This document shows, piece after piece, positions 36,131 to 49,790 of a DNA stretch of 64,000 nucleotides (within the stretch, counting starts at the first letter, position 1; each line of letters opens with the position of its first letter). The DNA is from Vicugna vicugna (lineage: Eukaryota), in NCBI GenBank assembly GCA_013265495.1, contig MU058226.1:396741-460740 (forward strand), read 5' to 3'. The notes beneath the pieces were generated by a model. It was not told where the DNA came from. It made no database searches and worked only from the letters and a program-made list of their open reading frames with translations. The translations under genes were made by a program, and so were the position numbers.

Positions 36131-36259
36131 CATGGTGAATGGGAGGCTTTCTCTCTGAAGCTGATAATTGGGGAGGCAATATGTATACCCCCTCCCCCAA
36201 AAAGTCGGCTGACGCATGAATTCATTCTCTGATTTATTACTACAAGTAAGAATCCACGT

Positions 36260-36470
36260 AACCTAGTGGTTAAAATGTATAGACATTGGGGTCAGGAGAG
36301 TGAATCTACTACTTATTAGATGTTGTACAATTTTATTCATCTTTATGCCTGCTTTTTCATCTGTAAAATGAGCAAATCATCGGTCTCATTCGATTAAAAG
36401 AGAGAATGCACATAAAACCCTTAGCAACGGCCTGCACATGGTTAAGTCCAAAGTAAATACTCGCTATAAT
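36260..36470 (+). mobile_element. MIR SINE (degenerate)
   Basis: TAGTGGTTAA...TTTTCATCTGTAAAATGAG...; boundaries approximate. Confidence 0.6.
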
Positions 36471-37009
36471 TAATACTAATGATTGTAAAGCACTTATTAT
36501 AGTCTCTGGTGGGTATTAAGTTCTCAACAGGAGGTTAGGAAAGAATTATCAAGAGGCAGTCATGGGTAGTGCCAAGTGGGTGGAGCAGTTACTGCAATGA
36601 AAAGTGTGGCTTCCTTTATAACCCACAGACTGTCATAAAGATTTGTTCTCAGAGGTGAGGCTTGCTATGGGCTTACGATTTAGTTAAAAGAACAAAATGT
36701 GGGTGATGGGTATTTGAGGTTTCATTGTATTGTTATGGAGTCATGTTTGACATCTTTTTTACAATAAAAAACTAAAATACAAGTTATGGGGGCACTACAG
36801 TAGAAGTGTTTGACCCAAAGGAATCTGGTAGGCCTGGATTTGTCGGTTCTGCCACTTACATTCGCCTAAAGATGGATGTAATAACCGTCTCAAATGTTGA
36901 AAGGCTTTTAAATGACAGTACCTGAACTCCTCAGCAAATTGGCTGACACAAACCAGGGGCTCACTAAATAGGTGCTTATTAGAACTCTTAATTGAAACAG
37001 TACTGGGCC

Positions 37010-38370
37010 TTGGGTATAAACTACAAATCCCAGAAAAGCTGGGCATGAAGGCAGGCACCCCGGCAGGACCGCGGGCCGAGGCCCTTGCCCAAAGAGTGGA
37101 GACAGAAGAGGACACAGGGACAGTAACCCCCGCGGCTCCAGGAGCGCAGAAGCCTTCAGGCGGCCCTTTCAATCCTCCAGGGTCAGAGCCTTGTGTTTCG
37201 GTTCAGTCAGACTCCATTTGCTCCCAACTCCCAAACTCGGAGGCGTCCTTTTTTTTCAGACATAAGTCTTGAAAGGTAGTAAATCCTTAGCTTCTCCAAC
37301 ACATGGCGTGTCCCCTCGGCCGCACACCGCAGAGGAAGAACATGGCGCCCAAACTCGCAAGATGCCCACCGGACGAAACCGAGGTCGGGCCCAACGACGC
37401 CACCGCACGCAAGTCAGCTCGAGAACCACCTCCAACCGCCTAGGTAAAGGGTGACTTCCGGAGGCGCGGAAAGTGTCGCAGCGAGGGGGATAGTGAGAGG
37501 CGGACAGAATTCTAGGTGGCCAGGACAGTGCCACCTCAAATTCTCTGCAGGCCAAGACTTTCACATAGATTGGCGAGACATAGTCTCCAGTCTCCCAACT
37601 CCAAGATCCATACAGCCGTTCAGTGCACCTCTCGAGGAGGTCGAAAAGTCCCATATAGTAACTGATTTTTTCAGGCATTTATAGCGGCCACCACAACTCC
37701 CTACTGCTCAAGCGCGCGCACGGGTGAAAGGAACACCGCCGGCGGGGGTGGGGCGGTGCCTAACTCTGTACGCGTACGTAGTACGACGCACGCAGGCGCA
37801 GTACGGTCCCCCGGGCGACGGCGGCGGCGGCTCTTCGGGGTGCTCGGCTCCCTCCCATCTAGGCCGGCCCCGGCCCGTCTCGGCCGCAGACGCTTACTGT
37901 TTGGGGCCGCGGACTTTCTCGTCGTGCCCCACAAAAGTAAAGCTTGGGGAACTGGGGGGAGCCGGAAGTACCACCTCGCGATCCCCAAATACTATCGGGG
38001 AAACGGAAGTGGCCGTCGGTGGCAGGTTGGGGGAGACCGGAAGTGACGGTCCCGTGGGGAAGTCGGGGGCGGAGCCGCTGGCTGGCGCTGTGTGTGTTTG
38101 GTGTTGAGTCTGGTGTATTAGTTGGGCCGCTTTGCTAGAGCACCGAGGGAAGGCGGAAGAGAAGGGCAGTCAGCTGGCCGGTCTGGCCCTCAGTGAGTGT
38201 CCGTCATCTCGGGTTTATCGTGACTTAGGCGGGTTCGATGGGCGTGGCGTGGCGCGCGTGCGCGCGAAACCACTTTCTCCGCCAGGTCTGGCGCGACCCT
38301 CGCTTTTGCGTTGTCCCAGGGTTTGCCGACTTCTTGGGCCCTTGTCCTGTCGCGACCGGTGATGACACTG
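37010..38370. promoter_or_regulatory. CpG island and promoter of BAG6, divergent from APOM
   Basis: CpG-rich. ZNF143/THAP11-type ACTACAAATCCCAG at 37020-37033, YY1-like AACATGGCG near 37339, NRF1-like ACGCAGGCGCA at 37790-37800, ETS CGGAAGT motifs near 37963, 38003 and 38038. Confidence 0.85.
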
Positions 38371-38685
38371 GTTTTGTGCTTCCTTCCTTCGCTGCTTTCT
38401 AGCCCGACTGGCCCTCCCTTATTGTGATTGGCATCGTGGAGCCCCTCCCACCTCCCGTCCTCCAGCTCCGTGTGCCGTCGATCTCTTGCCCTTTGTGTCT
38501 CTCTCCCTGTGCCCCGGAATCAGAAGGGGGATGGGGGCGGGTGTGAGTGTGTGTGTTTGTGTGGGAGAAACTCTTTAGGCATTGGGGCGGAGTCTTGGGC
38601 CGGGTAGGCTTCCGGGTACATAAAAATCTGCCCTGGGCGACAGCGGGCCGTCTCCTTTCCATTCTTCCTTAGACAGCTGTCGGCC

Positions 38686-41600
38686 ATGGAGTCTAATGAT
38701 AGCACCAGTACCACTGTGAAAGAGCCTGACAGCCTGGAGGTGCTGGTGAAGACCCTGGACTCACAGACCCGGACCTTTATTGTGGGGGCCCAGGTGAGAA
38801 CCCAGTACTTCTGGGAGACATCCATTAACTCTCTTGTCGGTTCCTTAGCTTGAGAGAAGAGTCTGATTTTCTGGTCTTCAAATTTCCTTTCATTGAATCC
38901 TTTGTTCATGTTGTAGGCAGAGCATTTCCTGATGTTACCTCTATGGTTTCTGTTGGGTGAGGCAGATTTTCTTCTGCCTTCTTCCACCTCAATAAAAATG
39001 CAAAGGGAAAGAAGGAGGGAGGAATCTGTATGCCAACATCGTGAACGAATCCCAGCCCAAAGGGACGGACATGGCTCCTGCCTTTTGGAAGGGAAACAGA
39101 ACACATAGACCTAAAGTGCAAGTGTGTCTTACAGACAAGAACTGTTGTTTTTAAAGTAGAGAAAATGGAGCTCATAATGCAGGAAGAGCCCTAATAGACT
39201 CTTGAGTGGAATTACTAATATTTATGGTGTATTTTGGGTTTTTTGAGCATAATGGCAGGAATACAGCTATCTGTGTCATTATTGGAGACAAAATCATGAG
39301 GGAGTTGTTCTGTTGTTTTAAAACGTGTTACCTGTTTTTAAGGAAACCATATAGGTTTTTGCAATTAAATGTATGTAAACAGCTTGGTGCTTCCCAAGAG
39401 TCAGTTGTCTGGTTAGGACAAATGTTTTTCTGTTTTGATCCCTTTTCTTTCATCTTGGCTCAGTCTTCCCACCTTAACCTGATTCTCCACTCCATTTTCT
39501 TTGTCAGCGTTTGTATCTTTAAGATTACAGAGTTATATCATTTTGTGTTTGAGAAGGGGTCACTGGTATCTTTAGACACACACATTTCTTTGGGAGCCAG
39601 GCAGAGGAGGAGAAAAGGGAATGCCAGTAGTCTTTTCTGCTTTTCAGCCTTGTAATTTTCTCCTAGGCATATAACCTGTAGTTCCCTATGTTTATCGTAA
39701 GTATTTTGACAGGTGTTGCCTTAGTTCGGGGCTTTGCACAATGATTACCTCACAATGAAGACAAATAGGTAGTGATTTTATGATAGGATGGGTTTTTTTC
39801 GCCCTCACAAGTCAGTTGTCCCTCTTCCATCTTTCCTGTTTTCTTCCATTCCCTGCTTCCTATTCATGTCTCTTCCTTACAGATGAATGTAAAGGAGTTT
39901 AAGGAGCACATTGCTGCCTCTGTCAGCATCCCTTCTGAGAAACAACGACTCATCTATCAGGGACGAGTTCTGCAGGATGATAAGAAGCTCCAAGAATACA
40001 GTAAGGGAGTGGGGGAGGCCATTCTGAGGCTGAGGCAGTTGTCCAGAGTCCTGAGCTGAGGCTGTGGGTTTACCTAATGTTACAATGTTTTGGTGTGTAT
40101 CTTTTCTTCCTGCAGATGTTGGGGGAAAGGTTATCCACCTGGTAGAACGGGCTCCTCCTCAGCTTCAGCTCCCTTTTGGGGCATCTTCTGGAACAGGGTC
40201 TGCCTCAGCTACCCACGGTGGGGGACCCCCGCCTGGTACTCGGGGGCCTGGGGCCTCTGTTCATGACCGGAATGCCAACAGCTATGTCATGGTTGGAACC
40301 TTCAATCTTCCTGTAAGCTTGTGTTCCTCATGGGAAGGTTTTTGTGGGAGAGTGTAGTTTTGGTAGTGGTAGCAGCCAAGACCTCATAAGACTGGTTTCT
40401 CAGTTTTTAGATTGGGTTTGGAGGGCCCTGTGGTCTGATAATATGGTCGTTGTCTTTGAGAAGATAGTGGGTGGGGCTCCAGAGAACCAGTTGGAAGTGT
40501 GGGAGACCTTAGTATTTGGCTTCTCCCAGAGCAACTTCCCTTACCCTTTCCCCAGAGTGACGGCTCTGCTGTGGATGTTCACATCAACATGGAACAGGCC
40601 CCGATTCAGGTATCACGGGGCCTGGGAGGGTCAGGGAAGGGGATCTGGGAGAAGGAGGCCATAAGGTGGGGGCGGAGCTGGCTGAGGAAATGGCTGGGAC
40701 CTGGTTTAATAGGTGGTGGAGCTCGTGGCTTTATTCCAAGCCTGCCCTGATTTTTCCTTCTCTTAATGTAGAGTGAGCCCCGAGTCCGGCTGGTGATGGC
40801 CCAGCACATGATCAGGGACATACAGACCTTACTATCCCGGATGGAGGTGAGTGGGCAAGGCCGGCTGGGGTCTGTCTGTCTCTCTTCCCATCCTCCCTAC
40901 CCCTTTTCTCTCAGCCCAAGGGTGAGGACATGACTGGCCACATCCACTGGATTCTTTCTTCCTAATCTGGTCTCTTCTCTGCAATCTTTATTCTTTTGGG
41001 CAGAAAAAGTAGCTTTGTGAGACTGTCTTGTCCCTGCTGATCCTCTGAGTGCCTGGTATCTGAGAAGTTTGTTGCAGACTTGTCAGATAACTCTCACAAT
41101 ATGTCTTTTCAATTAAATAAGGATTCTGTGCTTTTTAAAAATGTCTTAGCATGTTTGATACTGGGGTGGGCTAACTTCATTAGTTTGTACTGCAGCTGCA
41201 ACCAGTGGCCTTTTCTTTCTCTTTTGGTGGGTAGGGAACTACAATGCTTACTTTTCTTTAGTAATTTGTTTGCAGGTATTACAGATATTTGTCACACATC
41301 TAATTTGTGTAAGCTTTACACTGGTTGCTAGGGGGTCAGAGATACAGATGAGGACCCCTGCCTTCGGGGAGCCTGGTTAGCACAGCTTCTCCACTCAGTC
41401 TGCTTCGACCTGGGTAAGCCTCTGCCGCAGTCTCATCCTGCCTTTGGTGCCCTGACTCTCCCCACCTGCAGTGCCGAGGAGGGTCCCAAGCACAGCACAG
41501 TCAGCCACCCCCTCAGACGCCAGCTGTGGCCCCGGAGCCAGTAGCCTTGAGCTCTCAAACATCAGAACCGGTCGAAAGTGAAGTACCTCCTCGGGAGCCC

Positions 41601-44600
41601 ATGGAGGCAGAGGAAGTGGAGGAGCATGCCGCCGCCCAGAGCCCGGAGCTCACCCCTTCCGGCCCAGCCCCAGCGGGCGCAACACCTGCCCCAGAGACAA
41701 ATGCACCCAAGTGAGAGATGGAGGGAACCTTTTGTGGTGGGAGTGGGTTGGGGATTCTAAGTAACGTACGGGGACCAGGAGGGGTCTGATGGGAGAGGAA
41801 GGATTGCTTGGAAGTCTTCCTTGAAGGGTTGGTGTTGAGGGGCAGGGGGGAGTAGGTAAATGAAGTTAGGACTGGCTGCTGAGCCAGAAGCGCTGCCCTC
41901 TCTGGGGCAAGGAAATCCAAATGGTGCTTCCTGAGCCTGATGGATATTCTTTCCTCTGAGTTCATCCAGGCCCCATCTCTTTTTCAGAGTTAGATTTTCG
42001 CCATTGTAGGTACAGGATAAGTGTGGTGGGGAGGGTGGAAGCGGTTTATTTTCCTCTCCCCATCTTCCCCTGGGTGGAGTTAAAGAACAGAAGCTCTGCT
42101 AGTTTGGGAAGGATTGGGTCAGGGGTTTGGGAAGCCAGGAAGAGACAGGGTGGGCATGTGAGGTTGGGAATCTAAGGAAAACCTTGGCTTACTGCCTCTT
42201 GGGGTTGCACACAGCCATCCTTCCCCCGCGGAGTATGTCGAGGTGCTTCAGGAGCTGCAGCGGCTTGAGAGCCGCCTCCAGCCCTTCCTGCAGCGCTACT
42301 ATGAGGTTCTGGGTGCCGCTGCCACGACGGACTACAACAACAATGTGAGCCCCGCCCGCCCCCCACCTCCACTACTCCAGGTGGAACAGGGTGAAATGCA
42401 GATCACCCCTTCCCCCTACAAAACACATTGTCTGCAACAAAATTGTTTCTCTCTGGACTTGTAACAAAATGGTTTCTCTCTGGACTTGCAAGTAAGCGAT
42501 CTTCCCTTCTTGACAGAGAAGGTGGGGATCTTAATGATAACCACTGTTCTTGCAACCTCTTGGTCCCTCAACTTATTTAGGAAGTTTAGGAAATAAGGGA
42601 TACATTTGAAACTAACATTGCAAATTGATTACACTTCAATAAAAACATAAAAAAACTAAGGGAGATTAGCAGATGATACCTTATTGATTTATTGTAGGGT
42701 TTATTTTGATAGGAAACTATGTGTGTAAAATAGAACTTTTGGCAAAGATTTGGTCTACCCAGAGGCTTCTAAGGATATGCTTGAAGATGTAGAGGACATG
42801 ATATTCTCAAGGTGGTATTTTTGTTAGCAAGGTGAATGCCAGCCTAATGTTTTCTGCTTTTCTGTGTTTGGCCTTGGGGCTACAGCAAGAGGGCCGTGAA
42901 GAGGACCAGCGCTTGATCAACTTGGTTGGCGAGAGCCTGCGGCTGCTGGGCAACACCTTTGTGGCGTTGTCAGACCTGCGCTGCAATCTGGCCTGTGCAC
43001 CCCCCCGCCACCTGCATGTGGTCCGGCCCATGTCTCACTACACCACCCCCATGGTGCTCCAGCAGGCAGCCATCCCCATCCAGGTGGGTCAGAGGAAGCC
43101 CGGCTGAGAGACAGTGGAGGGCCGTTGATAGGATGACCCAGAGAAGCTGTCGGCTCAAGGCAGGTTAGAAAGGGTCAGACTTTGGAAACATATTGGTAGG
43201 CAGGATGGAGAATTTAGAAGTATCTCACGGGTTGCTCTGGGTTAAGCTCTGGGGTTTTTCTCACGGCTGCCCTGTTCATCTGTGTCCTCCAGATCAATGT
43301 GGGGACCACTGTGACCATGACGGGGAATGGGACTCGGCCCCCCCCAACTCCCAATGCAGAGACACCTCCCCCTGGTCCTGGGCAGGCCTCTTCCCTGGCT
43401 CCCTCTTCGACCACTGTGGAGTCTTCGACCGAGGGGGCTTCCCCACCAGGGCCAGCTCCCCCTCCGACTGCCAGCCACCCGAGGGTCATCCGGATTTCCC
43501 ACCAGAGCGTGGAACCCGTGGTCATGATGCACATGAACATTCAAGGTGAGTTAGGAGCAGTTGCCAGCAGAGAGAAGAGCAGCGCAATGAGGGAGGTCGG
43601 GCTGGAACTGAGGTATGAGAGAGCCAGGGCAAGGGAACAAGAGGCCAGGGCTGTCAGCAGTAACTGAGACCAGAGCAGAAGCTCCTTGAGTTGGCGTGTA
43701 CGGGGAGGGGCAGGAAGAACTGCTAGTCCTTGGAGAGTTGTTTGCACGATGAAAGAAGTGTCTACTCCGTGTCTAGATGGAATGAAAGGTGGGCTTTCTG
43801 GTTGAGGGAGTGAAGGCCTGCAGTTTGCTGATCTCAGGAGGATACAGTTAGGCCTTGGCCCTGCCTGTCTCAGGGCCACTTTCTCTGTCTTCTTGCCCAG
43901 ATTCTGGCACACAGCCTGGTGGAGTTCCGAGTGCCCCCACTGGCCCCCTAGGACCCCCTGGTCATGGCCAGACCCTGGGTAAGAGTGAGGGCTTCAGAGC
44001 AGGTTGAGCTCTGGGTAGAGACGGGGTAGAGCCAAGTGGGTGGGTTGAAGGGGGTCCAGGTTCAAGGTTACATCAGACCCACCCCCCAGGCTCCACCCTC
44101 ATCCAGCTGCCCTCCCTGCCCCCTGAGTTCATGCACGCCGTCGCCCACCAGATCACTCATCAGGCCATGGTGGCAGCTGTTGCCTCCGCGGCCGCAGGTA
44201 ATGACCTGAAAGGGGAAGCCTGGGCGGTGGGGCCCGGTCCACGGTGCTGGTATCATCGGCTGGCGGACAAGGGCCCGGCCCTCAGCCCTCTTTGGTTTCT
44301 CCCCTCTGCCCCCTACAGGACAGCAGGTGCCAGGCTTCCCAACAGCTCCGACCCGGGTGGTGATTGCCCGGCCCACCCCTCCCCAGGCTCGGCCTTCCCA
44401 TCCTGGGGGGCCCCCTGTCTCGGGGGCTCTGGTGAGTGAGGTGGCGGAGTCCCAGTGGGAAAGAAGGTGAGGAGGAAATCCTGTGGTGGGGCATGGAGAA
44501 GCCAAGACTGAAAGCCTCCCCTTCTTTCCCCTCAGCCGGGCGCTGGTCTGGGGACCAATGCCTCTTTAGCCCAGATGGTGAGCGGCCTTGTGGGGCAGCT

Positions 44601-47600
44601 TCTTATGCAGCCTGTCCTTGTGGGTGAGTCTTCGTTCTTCCCCAGCTTGAACTGAAGAGGTCTCCATGGCTCTGAAGGCTGGTGTTCCCCTCCCGGTCTC
44701 CTCACTGGCCGCTTCCCAGTTCTCCATATTTCTCTGTTCTTGCCTTCCTGCTGGGAAGGCCAGAATGGAGATCCTGTGGTGTCTTGCTTTTCTTCAGATT
44801 TCAACGTTTTTCTTTTGGTCTCTACAGCTCAGGGGACCCCAGGAATGGCTCCACCTCCAGCCCCTGCCACTGCTTCGGCCAGTGCTGGCACTACCAACAC
44901 GGCTACCACAGCTGGCCCTGCCCCAGGGGGGCCTGCCCAGCCTCCACCCCCTCAGCCCTCTGCCTCTGATCTTCAATTCTCTCAGCTCCTGGGGAACCTG
45001 CTGGGGCCTGCAGGGCCAGGGGCTGCAGGGCCTGGCATGGCTTCTCCCACCATCACTGTGGCGATGCCTGGTGTCCCTGCCTTTCTTCAGGGTATGACTG
45101 ACTTCCTGCAGGTGAGAGGCTGGCTTGCTCTCTACTTCCCCCTTCCTGTTCCCAAGCCTGGGGCAGTGGTGTCTTATTGCCATTATATTGCCACTTGGAA
45201 GGGACCCTGCGAGTGTATTGACTTAGAATCCTCCATTTTGGAGATGAGGAGAATGAGGTTGAGAGAGAGAGGCATAGTAATTTGTGTCATTGCTTTCTGA
45301 CCTGACTCATTCAGAAGGAGAGAGGTAGTCTCTGGACTTCACTTTGCTGTGGAGTAAACTACTCCTGGACCTTCTGCTTTAAGGAGCAGAGACCAAAGTA
45401 GAGCTCCCTGTCTTCAAGACCCCTGTTGAGTTGTGCTTTCCTGATGGCATTTTCTGTCCTTGTCCCCATTCTTACTTCATTTTCTGTTCTTTATTTCTTC
45501 TTTGTTGGCCAGGCAACACAAACGGCTGCTCCACCCCCTCCACCCCCTCCACCCCCGCCTCCACCTCCAGCCCCAGAGCAGCAGACGGTGCCCCCACCAG
45601 GGTCCCCTTCTGGTGGCACAGGGAGTCCTGGAGGTCTGGGTCCTGAGAGCCTGCCGCTGGAGTTTTTCACCTCAGTGGTGCAGGGTGTACTGAGCTCCCT
45701 GCTGGGCTCCCTGGGAGCTCGGGCTGGCAGCAGTGAAAGTATCGCTGCTTTCATACAACGCCTCAGTGGATCCAGCAACATCTTTGAGCCCGGGGCTGAT
45801 GGGGCCCTTGGTGAGCAAATGAGGGTGCCTTGGCCTTCTCCAGGGAGGGGCAGCCAGGGGAAGGTAGATGGCCTTTGTTTAGGGATATTGCCAAGGTGGG
45901 ATGAGGCTGATGGGCTGGTGGGTAGGCCAAGTGGTCCAGATCGCTGCTGACTTCTGCACCTCTCCCTAGGATTCTTTGGGGCCCTGCTCTCTCTTCTGTG
46001 CCAGAACTTTTCCATGGTGGATGTGGTGATGCTTCTCCATGGGCATTTCCAGCCACTGCAGCGGCTCCAGCCCCAGCTGCGATCCTTCTTCCACCAGCAC
46101 TACTTGGGTGGCCAGGAGCCCACACCTGGTAACATCCGGGTAAATGAAGACCTTGGGCCCAGAGCTCTCCTCCTTCTCACCTTCTGTTTCTTTTTCCTGA
46201 CTCTTTTTATCTGTTGTCTGAAGCTGCGACTGCCGCAGCCCAAGCCCTGGACTTGTGGTGGGGTGGGGAGTGCCTTGAGGGGTGGGGCTTTGTTGTAAAG
46301 CTGTGCTGTTCTCCCCTAGACGGCCACCCACACGTTGATCACGGGGCTAGAAGAGTACGTGCGGGAAAGTTTCGTGAGTAGCCCTCTCCTATCCCCTCCA
46401 CTCCCGGCTCCAGGTGGGATAGCCGCTATTCTAGCTGCTTCACTCACAACTTCCCAGTCTCTTGGGCTTTCTGATTTTGGGGTCTTTGTGTGTCTTGTGT
46501 CTCAGTCATTGGTGCAAGTTCAGCCAGGTGTGGACATCATCCGGACAAACCTGGAATTTCTCCAAGAGCAGTTTAACAGCATTGCTGCTCATGTGATGCA
46601 CTGCACAGGTCAGGGGCTGGCTGGGCCAGGGTGAGTTGGGGGGTGTGTTGTATGTGCAGAGCAGCTACCAGGTGCCAGTGTTCCTTCCTTATGTCTTGCC
46701 CACAGACAGTGGATTTGGGGCCCGTTTGCTGGAATTGTGTAACCAGGGCTTGTTTGAATGCCTGGCCCTGAACCTGCACTGCTTGGGCGGACAGCAGATG
46801 GAGCTTGCTGCTGTCATCAATGGCCGAATTGTAAGCATCACTGAACCCCAGATCCCCAGCCTTTCATTTTCTCGGGTTTCCATTCTCTTTGGTATCCTGC
46901 AGTTCTCAGTTTTTTTCCCTCCAAACTGTCCTCCTTTACTCTTTGATATCTTTCAAAAGCTGCTTGAGCATTTTGTGTTCTAGTCTGCTTTCTGCCCCTC
47001 AGCGTCGCATGTCTCGTGGAGTAAATCCATCCTTGGTGAGCTGGCTGACCACTATGATGGGACTGAGACTTCAGGTGGTCCTGGAGCACATGCCTGTGGG
47101 CCCTGATGCCATCCTCAGATACGTCCGTAGGGTTGGTGACCCGCCCCAGGTAAGGAACCTGATGGACTGTGGGGTCAGGGAACCTGAGGGACCTGGAGAG
47201 ATCTGAGAGGGCGCTTTGTGGTGTTCTCCTCTGTCTAATTTCACAGCCACTTCCTGAGGAGCCAATGGAAGTTCAGGGATCAGAGAGAACTTCCCCTGAG
47301 CCTCAGGTACCAGGGAGAGGTTGAGGAGCCAGATAATATTGAGTGTGGAGGGCTGGGGTGGAAGGGCTGGAGGCTGAGAATTCTGAAGCCTGGATCTTCC
47401 CGCTGTCCGACTCCCAGCGGGAGAATGCGTCCCCAGCCCCTGGAACAACAGCAGAAGAGGCCATGTCCCGAGGTCCACCTCCTGCTCCTGAGGGGGGCTC
47501 CCGAGACGAACAGGATGGAGCTTCGGCTGAGACAGAACCTTGGGCAGCAGCAGTCCCCCCAGTGAGTGTCAGGAGGTGACCCAGTGGGCTAAGGCAGCTG

Positions 47601-48792
47601 AAACTTGTGGGAATTTCTCATCATCATATCCCCCCCAGGAATGGGTCCCTATTATCCAGCAGGACATTCAGAGCCAGCGGAAGGTGAAGCCACAGCCCCC
47701 CCTGAGTGACGCCTACCTCAGTGGTATGCCTGCTAAGAGACGCAAGGTTGGTTTGCCTCTCCCCTGACGTTCCCATTACCCAGATACCCTTCTCAGAATC
47801 AAACTAACTAGAGCTGGAAAGAATTCTTTCTAGTTTAGTCTCCTCATTTAAGTGACACCAGAACCTTTCTGGGACTCAGACTTGCTCACGGTTGTCACCT
47901 CACACCTTTGCATTAGTCTGTTAACAGTGCTGTCATCCCTCAGTTGCCTAATCCTGTGACTAGGGCCCAGCTTCCATAAGGTGGGCTTCCTCTGGTGACT
48001 AGCTGGCTGTGAATGCTGGATAGCCTGACCCATCCTGCCTCTCTTATTTTGAAGACCAAGTGAGCAAATTTAAATGCTGGTTTTGGCCAGAGCCAAACAA
48101 AATTAGGAAGGCATTTCTGCTGTCAAAACTAAACTTGGATTATTTCCCTTCTCTCCACTAGAATGGAGACTCAATGGTTGACTCATGGAAAGGGTGAGCT
48201 GGGTGGTGGCATTGGAGCTGACGTTGATCCTCTTTTCCCTCCCAACCCCGTCCCCCAGATGATGCAGGGTGAGGGCCCTCAGCTGCTTCTCTCAGAGGCT
48301 GTGAGCCGGGCAGCTAAGGCAGCCGGAGCTCGGCCCCTGACGAGCCCTGAGAGCCTGAGCCGGGACCTGGAGGCACCAGAGGTTCAGGAGAGCTACAGGC
48401 AGCAGGTGCCCCTACCGTTAAGTAGCATAGGGATGGTCAAGTGGGAGGGGTTGGGCTAGGGCCCCCTCTTCCCTGGATTCCTTCAGAGGTGGACTGGTCA
48501 GTCTGGGGCTACCGTTTGATGGTTTTAAGATGCTTTCCCTAGTAGCATCTGGGAAGGCTCAGTGATGCCATGTTGGGCTACTGGACAGTATATGGCTGTT
48601 GGGGAAGTGTTGGCCTCTGAGGGATGGCTTCGTGTGGTTGCTGGGATTGTAGGGGTTTGGCCAGTACCTCTCCAACCTGCTTTGCTCTCTATCCAGCTCC
48701 GGGCTGATATACAAAAGCGACTGCAGGAAGACCCTAACTACAGCCCTCAGCGCTTCCCTAATGCCCACAGGGCCTTTGCTGATGATCCCTAG
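38686..48792 (+). CDS. BAG6: BAG cochaperone 6 (BAT3/Scythe), 1164 aa when all exons are included
   Basis: Exons 38686-38793, 39883-40000, 40116-40312, 40556-40609, 40772-40846, 41472-41710, 42215-42344, 42886-43083, 43293-43545, 43901-43978, 44090-44197, 44319-44431, 44536-44623, 44828-45111, 45513-45810, 45970-46139, 46320-46373, 46506-46608, 46706-46830, 47003-47149, 47247-47306, 47418-47561, 47639-47746, 48259-48405, 48697-48792 total 3495 nt. N-terminal UBL domain, DEQD caspase site, PAKRRK NLS, ends RAFADDP*. AATAAA at 48860-48865. Confidence 0.98.
42436..42488. repeat. Direct tandem duplication of a 26-bp unit with one mismatch
   Basis: AACAAAATTGTTTCTCTCTGGACTTG at 42436-42461 and AACAAAATGGTTTCTCTCTGGACTTG at 42463-42488. 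Confidence 0.95.
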
Positions 48793-49329
48793 CTCTTTGC
48801 TCCATGGCCCTCCATCATCTGGGGACCATTTTCCCACTCTTCCTTCACAGTATTTAAGAAATAAAAGTCAGATTTTCCTGGCTCTTTTGTCTCTGAATTG
48901 TCTTCATTAGACAGTCTAATTCCCTTATGTCTTCAATGAACTTGTTTTTTTTAAATTAATTCCTAGGAACCCAGCTATATTGGACAGCTTTTAACATTTC
49001 ATCATGAGCATATATATGCAGTATTGTTTTGACTGTACAGCACAAGAAAACGTACAAGCCTTTTTCAATGTTGGCCACTTCCAAGGAACGCTTTTGTGCA
49101 AAAGCCTTTTGCATGTAAATAACCCTACTGTGGGCGCATTTTGTAATAGGGCTGTCAAGCTATCTAGTAAACCATTTTCCAAGCAGGTACAGACCTAAAG
49201 TCTTAGCTTGTTGCATGAGGTAGTACCAGTGTAACTGAACCAAGTCTGACTGTGATGGAACTGGTCTACCTTCAGTCTTTGACAGCTATAAAGGCACTTC
49301 CTGTTTGTAGATAGGACTGAAGTGACATG

Positions 49330-49790
49330 TGGCTGCAAGTTCTTTGCTACTCCTTTTAAGACGCAGTTGCCGTCCCCTCCCCCTTTTAGCCAGCTTAATG
49401 CTGGACAAACAGAATGTAGAAGAGGCAACCTAAGGCCAGGTTATGAGCTTTGCAGCTTTTGCCCAGACCTCTTGGAACACTGGCTCATGGACATAAAAGG
49501 CCTGGTGACTCTATCTTGCTAGAGAAGTTATACAGAGACACTGGTTGACAATCCAATGGATTCTACCTTCCAGACGGCCCACCACGGCCCTGGACGTGTG
49601 AGTAAAGCCCTATAGGATAGCCCAGCTGCAAACTGGTTACCAAGCAACCTCACAGGCACAAGAAACAGATTTGCCCAGGGAAGCCCAGATGTAATTCCTG
49701 GCCCACACAACTTTAAGATACAATAAAACAGTTTAAGTGTTGAGGTAGTTTGTTACAAGAGATCACTGAAGTAATAGCAATTCCCTGAAT
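49330..49790 (+). mobile_element. MaLR (MLT1-like) solo LTR between the BAG6 and PRRC2A 3' ends
   Basis: AATTCCTGGCCCACA...AATAAAA...TTTAAG...GGTAGTTTGTTACA resembles an MLT1 3' end; boundaries approximate. Confidence 0.55.

Noticed and set aside
45491..46015. Antisense ORF with a poly-Gly run
   Set aside because: Mirror image of the BAG6 poly-Pro codons
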